NCBI RefSeq assembly: GCF_006345805.1
Contig: NC_043002.1
Span: forward strand, 15,872,001 to 15,936,000
DNA length: 64,000 bases
Direction: 5' to 3'
DNA from: Octopus sinensis
Lineage: Eukaryota
Below the pieces are notes generated by a model that did not search any database, was not told the origin of the DNA, and saw only the letters and a list, made by a program, of their open reading frames with translations. Within the stretch, counting starts at the first letter, position 1. Each line of letters starts with the position of its first letter. The translations under genes were made by a program, and so were the position numbers. Positions 1 to 10,960 of this stretch are shown piece by piece.

Positions 1-2118
1 TTTGGGGAAAAAGTGGAGGCCCTATCGTCTGGAAAAGAGTATAAACATTAATCTATTAAACTAGCTACCAGTTTTATATCTCAGTGCTTGCTACGCAACA
101 ACTGTGTTTCGTTTACAAGGTACATATAGTTCAATAAAAACCGTACATGATCGGTTTTTATTTAGGTGAACTTACATTGCAATTCACTGACGTACTTACT
201 GATGCCTGAAAACCATGAACATCACAGAATCCTAATTTTCTGATCACTATCACTATGCAGGAAATCAACGAACGAAGAATCCTCTACTTTGTTGATCGAT
301 ATTTCAGATGTAATAAGTCACCTTACTTGAAATCAAGTTCTCTTAAAAAAAGCGAAGGATAAATTGTATGACGCATTCAATAATGTGCTTCGAGATACAC
401 TTAAACCTTCAAAAACCTAGCAGTGATGAAAAGCGATATTCACATCTCCACTTTCTTTGATTCTAAACTAGCTGGATGAAATCAGGCCCAGGGCGAAAAG
501 CAACATATCTAAGCTGTCAAATACTGTATTGACAGAAAAATGAATTTTGACTTCACTTGCATAATATCGGGATTTGTTTAACAGATTCTGTTAAACTGTT
601 ATTGCTATTGATATTCCGGAAGTGCTGAATATCAAAACATATCCTCATGTTTTATGGCTTTACAAGATTCTATCCCAAAATAAATAAAATAAGTCTTTCT
701 TTTATTATTCAGTTACCGCTTACTGTGAATTCTTAACAGAAACCTCTTTAGAATTCCCGGCAGTAAGTTAATGCCATCCTCTGTAATATCATTCGACAGT
801 ATAAAAGAATATCTGAATATGAAGTTGAATCTCCCATCTCTCAAGATATTCACATCAGCTTTGATAACAATTGGTGTTTATAATTGTATATGATGCAGAG
901 TCATCGATCAAGCATAAAGACGAATTGAAAAAAGGGTGGTTTATGGAAAGAAATTATATACGCTTGTTATATAATTGTTAGTTATCATAAACACATGCGA
1001 GCTGTTGCATTGAAGCGAACACACACACACACACAATGCTGTCACATGCCGTGCATATAAATAAAAAAACTTTAACTCCTTTGAAAAAGTGTATATGCTG
1101 ATAATGTCGATGCACATATTTGCAAATATTTACTAAATGAATGAATATTTGAAAATATTTATATAGATATTATTATTAATTATTATCATTAGTAAAATGA
1201 ATTATAACAATAATAATATAGGTGGCCAACAAGCAAAAGCCGATAAATGGCAAACCCAAAATTCTATCATGCCAGCATTGTTGTGAAAATTAGAGTCGAA
1301 AAATCCTCTAAGAAAACTACCAATCACTGAAAGAAAAAAAACGAAAAAGTAACAAAAAACAAGCACAACAAAAAATTAACTTACCATCGTGGCAGGAAGC
1401 TGTAAAATGATGAATGCGATATCCCTGGATCAATTGATATCAAAGTTTGGGAGTTTACCGCAGCAGGTCTCACTATATACCTGTATTTGTTATTTTCCCA
1501 GTGACTGGTGGTTTTGTTATTGATGTTTTCTACTCTGAGTTTCAAACGTGTGTCTTATTATAATTATAAACTAGTTATAAAATTTTACAAATCTTTAGAT
1601 ATACAAATATGCGCGTTTGACGAAACCCATTTGTGCCTCTATAAATAGATGTGTGCCAGCGCAGTTTTGTATATATTCACTGATATTTTCCCCTCGAAAG
1701 CATTAAAGTACCCAATAAATACTGAGAAAATGTTTTGCGGAACGTAATCTGTGTGTGTTTGTGTGTATGTGTGCGTGAGAGCACGCATAATTAGGCGTCC
1801 AAACACGTAATTATTGAATCTGCTGTCGAGCATGACCTATGAACATTTTCGGTTACTCGTGAGGATTGATGCTTAGCTACAAATTTACAAGATCCTTCAA
1901 TGCGTTCATGGTCACGGGATACAGATCAAAAGAGTTACTGAAAACCATGCATAAGCAATTTGAACTTCATAGAGTAGAACAGAAAATAGTCAACTCCGTT
2001 TTGTCTTTCCACACAAGTAAAGAGACAACACAACATCGAGATAATAATATATGGATCAAAACCTAGGTATGTTTGGTTCAATATCTATCTATCTATATCT
2101 ATCGAAATATATCTATCG

Positions 2119-2154
<36 letters not shown>

Positions 2155-2363
2155 GGGCCTAGGAACAAGTTGCTTAGACACATACAGAAAATTTTTGAAA
2201 TAGCAGCCAAAGACAACTAATTTTTTTCACTACAGATATGACTCCACAGATAACAATATATAATATATATATATATATATATATGTATGTATATATATTT
2301 TTTTTTATCTAGTTTCTGCTCACAAGCTGTGGGCATGCTGGGGCACCACCATGTATATATATA

Positions 2364-2540
2364 GGGGGAGAGTTCACGAACAAAACAAAAGATGAAGATA
2401 GGTGGTGTACAAAACAAACAAATGTATTAGTATAATGCTCAGGAATAGAAAAAGTCTTCTACGTTTCGAGCTTACGCTCTTCTTTAGAAAGGGACATAAA
2501 AAAACAAGGAGAGAAAAAAATGTGTGTGGTGGCTACCGAT
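2364..2540 (-). mobile_element. Short (TA)n-inserted non-autonomous element (Penelope pLTR-like), copy A, with minimal hammerhead-like motif at 2454-2495
   Basis: Closely similar to 10806-10960, 58115-58277 and 61990-62168; abuts TA microsatellites; minus strand reads CTTT-CTAAAGA-A-GAGC-GTAA-GCTC-GAAACGTA-GAAGAC. Confidence 0.7.
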
Positions 2541-3060
2541 ATATATATATATGCACGAAATATATAGTATATTTTAGAGTTTGTTAATGTTAACAATAAC
2601 TCCCATTATTATACAGATAGGAAGAGGTAGTGCTCGTTGTGAGGTGAGCTATATTCAAAATAATATTTTTATGGAGGCAATAACTGCGGAGCCTAAAAGG
2701 ACACGTATATGAGAAAATATAGATTGACAATTTGACTGTTCAGGCAAACATGTCCTATCTTCTCATTCTATTTACATTGACATCCTCTCTGCCTTTGGGA
2801 AAGAATATCCGAGAAGAAGAATTATTTTGTGTTTGACAAACTCCTTCGTTGATAAAATGGAATTTCTGCTGGAAAGACGAAGATTTGTATTTACTTCTTA
2901 CCGTTCCTTTTGTGTACACTTCATACTTGCATTATTAGCTAACGGCATTGTCTTCTTACTTAAATTGTCGTGATGCGTTTATTTTATTTACTCCTGGGAC
3001 TCATTCACTGCAGAAAACACTCACCGAATTGTCATTGTACGAGTGAAGAGAAAACACAGT

Positions 3061-3062
<2 letters not shown>

Positions 3063-3126
<64 letters not shown>

Positions 3127-3173
3127 ATATATATATATTATATATATAATATATATATATATATTATATATAC

Positions 3174-3212
<39 letters not shown>

Positions 3213-3280
3213 ATATATTATCCCATGGTGGGTTGAATTTTCAACCCCTATCTCATTCTATAATATATATATATATATAT

Positions 3281-3312
<32 letters not shown>

Positions 3313-3318
3313 ATATAT
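3063..3318. repeat. (CA)n followed by (TA)n microsatellite
   Basis: Directly visible. Confidence 0.95.
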
Positions 3319-5040
3319 GCAGATTTCAGTCAAGCTTTGATTTCAATATATTTTTGTATGAAATTATTTTCAATGGGAGATTGGGGAATTTCTAGACTTT
3401 AAAGCTTCCTTATGCATTGTATCAAGTAAAATTATAAGTAAAAAATATCTGGCAGGCATAAATAGGAAGATATTGAATCATTTAACCTGTTTCGTGGTTT
3501 GCTTTAATGGTAATTGTTGCTAATGTAAAGACAAGATGAAAAAATATTGGGAGAAATTGTAATTATTATAATACATCTAGTGAGCAGCCATTCATCAAAG
3601 GTCGATTTTGCCATTCATCGGTTTCGAGATCGATAAAATAAGTACAAGTTGATCATAGAGGTCGCTGGAATCGACTTACCCCCTCTCCAGAAATCGTCGG
3701 CATTGTGCAAAATTTTGAAACTAATATTTAAACCAAAATAAGCCTCAGAATCTTTTTAACCCAGAGAAAACTGCAGGTGCTCTTCAAAGATATTGCAAAA
3801 TCTCTACCGGCTGGAGAGATTAAAAAGGCGATTGTAATGGCGGAAATCTGTATCACCATCAGGTATTTCAGGGTCATCGGGATCCTTGCCTTAGCCTGTG
3901 TAAGCTAGCGAAAACTGAAACTTGGGAGGGTTTCACGTCCTGTCACTTGTGAAAAACAGAAGCTTTGAGTGGATTTCGGTGTCATGCTCCTGCCCTTCGA
4001 GGCTTTTCTTTAATTGTTTGCATTTCGAATACCAGTCCTCTGCAGGAAATAACACACACACACACACACACATACACACGCACACATACACACGCACACA
4101 TACACACGCACACATACACACACACACATACACACACACAAACGCACATATAACTGGGCAGCCACAAAGGTCGACTTCAATAAGGAAGAATGATAATATT
4201 GATTCCTAATTAAGCTACAGGAAAAATTGATATCATAAATAAGTTGATAAGTTTTACGTAATCCGTGATGTATGGCAAAGGCTAATTTCTCTCAGCGTGT
4301 ACAATCATCTCTGATGGAATTATTGGAAATACGTGTGATGATTCAATACATGATCAACGTGTTCATTAACTGCATGCTTTTTTTTTCATCTCGAATGTGC
4401 TTCACTAATTGGAATAATTCATAGATATTTCTAACGCCCTTTCACGAGTGGCTTAATTTCGTATTCTCTTCTAGTAGTTCAGAACAACCAGCTTTTCTGT
4501 TAAGTGTGATATAATATTCCTTTTGTTTCAAGGTTAAAATTTGCATCACATCTATGAAAGAGCTAACGAAGGAACATCTGCGTAGTCGCTTTCCTTGCTA
4601 CAAATAGGAAACCACGGACTTTTCTCAAGTCAGATAAGTCAGCTTGGAAAGGATTATTCCAGAACACACACATACACAAAATTGGACGGTTTTACACTGG
4701 AAATTTTTATATTGAGTCTGTAAGTTGCAGAAGGATTTAGATGGATATGTATAGAAGCATAGTTACAAAACATGAACTAAAGGGACAAAAAGATGTGTAT
4801 AAAGTATCTCCTACTCTTTCGGGTTTATTCTAGGATAAGGCCAGAAAAGAGAGGAGACACACGGAACATATAATCATTGTAGAGTACACAGGATGTGTGA
4901 CGAAAGAATAGACAAATAAATTAATAATAGCAGTGAAGATAAAATATATAGTGCGTGTTTTTACTAGCAAAATGACGATCCAAAATATAACGGTATATAT
5001 ATAGTCGAAATTTACAGAAAACGAGATGAAGAAAAGTATA

Positions 5041-5118
<78 letters not shown>

Positions 5119-5227
5119 ATATAGGAGAATTATAAATTGTCACTAAATGTGACTTAGAAAGCACATACATTGCTAGAAATATAAGCCAAAATCCCTAAGA
5201 AAGTAGATAGTCATCCAAACAGTGCCG

Positions 5228-5307
5228 ATCAAAAGTTCCTTATACTGACGTCAGTTTCGGCAATTTCCGTTTGCCTCTTCAGCACGGATTCGCTGGAACT
5301 TCGACCC
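5228..5307 (-). ncRNA. Type I hammerhead ribozyme (Penelope-like element type)
   Basis: Minus strand: GGTCGAAGTTCC-AGCGAATCCGTG-CTGAAGA-GGCAA(ACGGAAA)TTGCC-GAA-ACTG(ACGT)CAGT-A-TAA-GGAACTTTTGATC. Intact CUGANGA/GAAA core, 5-bp stem II, 4-bp palindromic stem III, GUA cleavage triplet, extended stem I AAGTTCC/GGAACTT. Confidence 0.8.
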
Positions 5308-5895
5308 TTTCTAGACTTGTTTCACTGTTAGTATATATGATCTAATCATAGAAATATTGATATCAACAACAGTTTGGATATGTCTCACCAAAAATGAGAA
5401 TTATGATCGCCACTTAATATTACTGGGCTATTAGAAAAACCTTTACCTCGCTAGTATCCTTCATATCTGTAACTATGTGTGTGTATTGTTACTATTGTAT
5501 ATACACACAATCACACACAATCACACATAATCACGCACACACACTAAAGCAATATATGTTAACAAATTTTCCTAACAAATTTATTTTCGTATTTCCAATA
5601 ATTAGTGATACTAAATGCGGTATGTTCGTATATGTATGGATATAATATATATGAAGAAAGTCAGTGATGCTAATGGGCATCTATAACATCAAAGAATAAA
5701 GTAAAATTCTTCCTAAAATTATAGTTATAAATTTCTAGATGAAAGGAATATAATATATCCCACTATTTTACCCAAAAATAATATTATTTTTATACAGAAC
5801 AAGATTGCCACAGGTAACATATAGATTTTTGCGCCCGCGCCCGCGTGAGGATTACACGCACACATGCATCTCTCTCTCTCTTCCTCTCTCTCTTC

Positions 5896-5957
<62 letters not shown>

Positions 5958-6173
5958 CTCCTTATCCATCCATGCATGCATCCATCCATCCGCCTTCACT
6001 CGTTTCTTACTGTTCTTATTCTAACTGTTGCCCATCGTCCGGAAAACTTCGTAAACGATTACACATACGTATATAAATATAAAAAATATAAGTATATATG
6101 CATACTGTATATACATACATATGTAGTATATATAATATATGTATATAATGTATATACATGCATATATAAATAT

Positions 6174-6430
6174 GACCAGAACCTTCAGTAGTTTGGCATC
6201 GAGGGAGGGAGTGAGAAGAAGGAAGGCCATCCGCGGTACAACTGATGCAACAGAGATGGTCTCAAGCTGGCTGTTATTTAAGAGGACGGCAATGGGTCGG
6301 TAGTTGGCCATCTGGACACAAGGTGGATCTGGTCGGCCCTAGCTGGGTCACCTGGAGGAGGGTGTATGATACTGAAAGACCCCATGATACCAGGAACATC
6401 ACTGAAGATGTATCCACATGCATCAGTCAG
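6174..6430 (+). mobile_element. HERO-like (RLE-bearing non-LTR retrotransposon) 3' fragment, family 2
   Basis: From 6211 translates VRRRKAIRGTTDATEMVSSWLLFKR, preceded by frameshifted FSSLGIEG; matches the HERO C-terminal pattern LGI.G..R+AI...AE..S.W(L/I)W.+R; followed by a GC-richer 3' UTR. Confidence 0.7.
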
Positions 6431-6687
6431 TCATTGCTCTACGTACACAATAAATATATAGAATATTCACACACACACACACACACCACACACACACACA
6501 CGCACACACATATATATATATATATATTATATATATATATATATATATAATATATATATATATAATAACAAAAGGTATAATTAATTAATTAACTAGTAAT
6601 CAATAATTTCACTAAGTAGAATTCCACATGAAAAGGGACCATTTCTCGGTAAACTTAAGTAATACTTTATAATTAGGGTTCAACAAA

Positions 6688-6870
6688 ATTTGCTTTACCA
6701 CATAACTAAGTTTAGAAATAGCAACCAAAGAACCTTAGCTATTTCTTCTACTTTAAAAAGAAGCTGCCGGACAGAAACAAAATGCGGGTGCTTCTTTTTA
6801 ATGTAGAGGAAATAGCTGAGGTTCTTTGGCTGCTATTTCAAAATTTCGGTATGTGGTAAAGAAAATCTTC
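6688..6870. repeat. Imperfect inverted repeat (~75-bp arms) near a (TA)n tract
   Basis: tttaccacata...gaaatagcaaccaaagaaccttagctatttcttctactttaaaaagaagc pairs with gcttctttttaatgtagaggaaatagctgaggttctttggctgctatttc...tatgtggtaaa. Confidence 0.85.
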
Positions 6871-7069
6871 GCTGTTTATATGATAATATATGAGAATGGC
6901 ATCATTGCAATGGTAGTCTAAAGAAAAAATGTTTCATGATTCTACATTATATACCATGATCGCAACTGGAATGTCATAGATCCGCCTGCTCGTAGTGATC
7001 AGTGATTGAATATGAAATTTCAGCAGCCACAACAATTTGTGGAAATCACTGCCTTTCCTATTCTTTTAA

Positions 7070-7286
7070 CACTTTAGCATTTAAAGGGGTCAAATTAAGT
7101 CCGTATATTTCACCTGTTTTATGCTGAGCCTGACCAGATTAGGCCTCTCACATCAATCCTAGAATATCATGTTGATAATTAACAGTCACCTCATGAAGAT
7201 TGCAAAGCTTCAAGATGAAGCAAGATTGATACAAAACAAGAATAAAAATGCATTTCTGTTGACAGAATAATATGAACGCTGAAGGG
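7070..7286. mobile_element. piggyBac-type MITE (TTAA target)
   Basis: TTAA on both sides (7066-7069, 7287-7290); degenerate TIRs cactttagcattta / tgaacgctgaaggg. Confidence 0.6.
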
Positions 7287-7786
7287 TTAATCAAGAGCTT
7301 TTCCAGTTTAACTCTACGTCTTGACAGTTATACAATCGCAGGACAGAATACGAGCAAATTGCTAATACAATCAACGGGACATGTTCGCGATTTAAATTCA
7401 ATTTTATTCATGCACTGCTGTTTGCCTCAATTTTGTTTCGACGTTCTATCGTAGTTGTCAAGTCTAAAATTGAATTTGAGCAATTAATCGTACCTTTTAA
7501 GACAAACTATTTTTAGCATCTATAGCGAAAATCATACTGCAACTAAGAGCAAAGTACTTGCTTAAAATTAACTGATGTTTCTTTCAATGTGAAAACTATA
7601 TTAGATAATAACTATGAACAGGTTTGCTGGTCACGTGTGGAAAGCCTCAGGAATGAAGATGTCCAATAGATGGCGACTAACCTCGGACTAAAAAACGGCA
7701 AATATAATTTTGTAACAAACACGAAACCAATGCGTTCTTTAGAAAAAAAAATCAATGCGTTCTTTAGAAAACTCTAAATTGTATAG

Positions 7787-8050
7787 GAGGAATTACAACC
7801 GTACTTCGTGGTCTGCTACCACAACAGCTCCTTTATAGGATCCAGTTAGCTCAAGACATCATCAGGATGAACCACGTCCGGTTTCGGCCCCTACTCCTCT
7901 ACCGTTTTGACGTGGCGTCTCCCCCTTTTGGAGATGTCTTCAGCTCTGGTGTTGGGTGCATGACTTCTTTCTTCTGTTCCCTGGCGTCTTCGATGTATCG
8001 TCAGCGAGAGTCAGCGGGCGACTGACTGACTTGTCAAATGTTTTCCCTTT
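7787..8050 (-). mobile_element. HERO-like element 3' UTR, family 1, 5'-truncated copy
   Basis: Highly similar to 15036-15300 and shares the same 3' end (plus-strand gaggaattacaaccg). Confidence 0.75.
7853..7904 (-). ncRNA. Putative non-circularly permuted hammerhead ribozyme, copy 1
   Basis: CGGT-A-GAGGA-GTA-GGGGC-C-GAA-ACCG-GACGTGGT-TCATC-CTGATGA-T-GTCTT; one mismatch in stem I relative to the copy at 15102. Confidence 0.55.
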
Positions 8051-9869
8051 AAATAAGATAATATATTACGAGTTTGTTTATGATACCCCTGTTTTGTTTT
8101 TTTAAACCTTGCAACAGATTACTTTAAGTATAATCAAATCGAGAATCAATTATAAATTCCATTAATTAATTGGAAATCAAAATATAAGTAATCTTTTACG
8201 AATGCATAGCATTTAGAAATTCTATGCAAACGTTAGTGGTACGATGAACTTACGATGCAACCTTTCTAAATCATTTTTTTGTTGGCCCACTCAAGAAGTG
8301 TATACATAAATGGGTCACATTGAAATATATGCATGGAGATTTTAATCAATGCTTTTTCTGTTGTTTTGAAGTTGTTTTCCTGAGAATATAGGAGTTGAAT
8401 GAGGACAGAGTAGGAGAGAAATAATTCAGCCTGTATTTAAATCAGCATAATCGGCAAATATTTTAAATAGTTGTAAGCTTCATAATTTATTACATTCCCA
8501 ATTTCACTGGTTACATGACTTATAAGTCATACCACCCGCAATACAAGCATTGTAGCTGATGAGACTTAGGTCAACAGTGATTCATCAGATTTCTTTTTTT
8601 CAATCTTAAGTTGTTTCTGTGTTGATCAGTTAAGGTTTTATTAAAACTGTAAATTCAACACTGCAAAATACATGTGCTACATATTCGCAAAACGAAACTT
8701 GGAATTTATGAGGATTAAACTTAAATTGCTATTTGTAGACGATACAGCAAAAGGAATAGGTAGCTGCTATCACTTAAGATCAATTTACACTTTGTATATC
8801 TTTAATGTATATTGACATATTTTGAATTAATTATACGCAATACAACTTCTTTATATGTTCTATCTACTTAAGATTAAGTTAATTTGTTTGCAGATACACA
8901 ATTTGCTAAAATGTCGGGCAAATATTTTAAATATGAAAGATGATAAATTCTGTGCGCATGAATGGGATATGGTACCTACTTAAGAACTGTTTTGACATAA
9001 TCAGCAATGCACATAAACTCAAGGACACATAAAAAATATACAGAATCATTATGACCTGCATATCTTTGACCTATATGCTCGTATACAGATTTTCTTACAA
9101 ACAAATGCAATCAATGACAAAAGCATACGCTACATTGTTATGTAGACACATTTGCGCGTGTAGACACCCATACACGTGTGTGTGTGTGTGTGTGAGTACA
9201 TATATATATATTCGCATGCATACAAACATACATAGGAAAATACATTACACGTATTTCTAACATATTTCCATATCTTCTTGTGTTCCTCTTATGCTCTCCT
9301 GACTTTAGAAAATGTATAACAACTAAAATCGTTGCCAATATCTGGTGTGATCTTGCCTGATTACCTTAGAAGAGACTGTTGAGGAACATCATGCAGTGTA
9401 GTCCTCTTCCAAATTTGACCTCTATACGGACTAATTTGTAAGAAACAACTATAATATAGAATGTATATGTAGTAAAAAATATATTACAATATAGTTGCAA
9501 AAGAAATTCGTTGACCATTTTATGGTCTTAATTTTGATTGCTAGACTCGATGGTGGTAAGTGTTTTAACAATTGCTCCATTCCGTTGAGTAATAAAATTG
9601 CTCTGCCACCACTATTTTCTCCTTTCACTTGTTACATCTTCGATCTTCCTTTGTATTAGTTCTGGTGATCAGGATACATCACCAGATTTGCGACGAAATA
9701 ATATCCGAAAAACCATTAGGTCTAATCTATTGATATATAAGTTTTTCGCTCAGTTTTCCAGATATATATTTATACAAGTGGTTTGCCCGTCACACAAGTT
9801 TTGCTACCGGGTGTAATCGAAGTTAATATGGCATAAGACAATATTTTTTTAGTATTCTTAACAAGCACA

Positions 9870-10240
9870 GCTATACAGTAAAAAGTTTGTCTCCCAGCTA
9901 AATGGTTCTGGGATCAGTCCCACTGCATGATATATTGGGCAAGTGTCTTCTATTACAACCCTGGACCAAACAAAACCTTTTTGAGTGAATTTGATAGACG
10001 GAAACTGAGAGAAGCTTGTCTTATATACATATATCAATGTGTGCGTATTTTGTTTTTGCTCTCACACCCGCTTGACAACTGGTGTTTATGTCCCCGTAAC
10101 TTGGATATTTGGAGAAAGAAACCGATAGAATAAGTACCGGATTTAAAAATATGAACTGGAGTTGATTTCTTCAACTAAATCATTCATGGCGTTGCCCCGG
10201 CATGGCCGCTGCCCAATAGCGGGACTAAGTAAAAGCTAAA
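9870..10240 (+). mobile_element. tRNA-derived SINE (family with ...ttgggcaagtgtcttcta...gacggaaactga motif), degenerate
   Basis: B-box-like ggttctgggatcagtccc followed by ttgggcaagtgtcttc; related copies at ~13730-14045(-), 25435-25575(+), 26880-27022(-), 31870-32025(-), 58885-59075(-). Confidence 0.65.
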
Positions 10241-10805
10241 TGATAAATTCAATTGTCCTTATAGAAAATAATATAACAAAGTTAAATTTTCAAAAGAAGT
10301 ATGTTAATTACCTCAATAAATCAAATCTATCATTTCGATAATTCCTCCATAACAGCTCCCTCTCTACGTATGTTTGCTCCATGATTCTTTTATCTCATTG
10401 TGTGTGTGTAGTCTTCGTTTGTTCATTAAGTACCATCAAACCTATTATGTGCACTTAACCTCCGCCTCTTTTGGTACCTATCACTATATTCCATTTTACT
10501 TTGTCTCTCTTTCTCTCTCTCTCACACTCTTTGAATGATGCAAAGTGCGATTAGAGAATCAATGAACCAACCCAAATTTATATCAGTTATTACGATAAAG
10601 AGACTTTGGCCCATTTCCATGTATTTTGCGATATATTCTTTTGAGATGCTTGGGAAAATATATAAAAACGCACCAATTTAAGCCAATTAAACTATATTAT
10701 AGGTAAATATTAATTACCTCTAAAATCATTTCGATTAAAAGAATAGCTTATGGTCTATTCAGTTATTTCACCTTGGATTGTTATACAGATACTATATAAC
10801 ATATA

Positions 10806-10960
10806 GGGAGAGTTTACGAAAAAAAACAAAAGACGAAGACACGTGGTGTACAAAACAAACAGATGTATTAGTATAACGTTCAGGAATAGAAAAGTTATTT
10901 TACGTTTCGAGCCTACGCTCTTCCACAGAAAGGGACACAGAAAACACCAGGAGAGAAAAA
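10806..10960 (-). mobile_element. Short (TA)n-associated non-autonomous element, copy B, hammerhead-like motif at 10895-10936
   Basis: Minus: GTCCCTTT-CTGTGGA-A-GAGC-GTAG-GCTC-GAAACGTA-AAATAAC; same family as 2364-2540. Confidence 0.7.

Noticed and set aside
8556-8587. CTGATGA-GAC-TTAG-GTC hammerhead-like start
   Set aside because: Followed by AACA instead of GAAA, with no convincing stem I or III; at most a dead relic.
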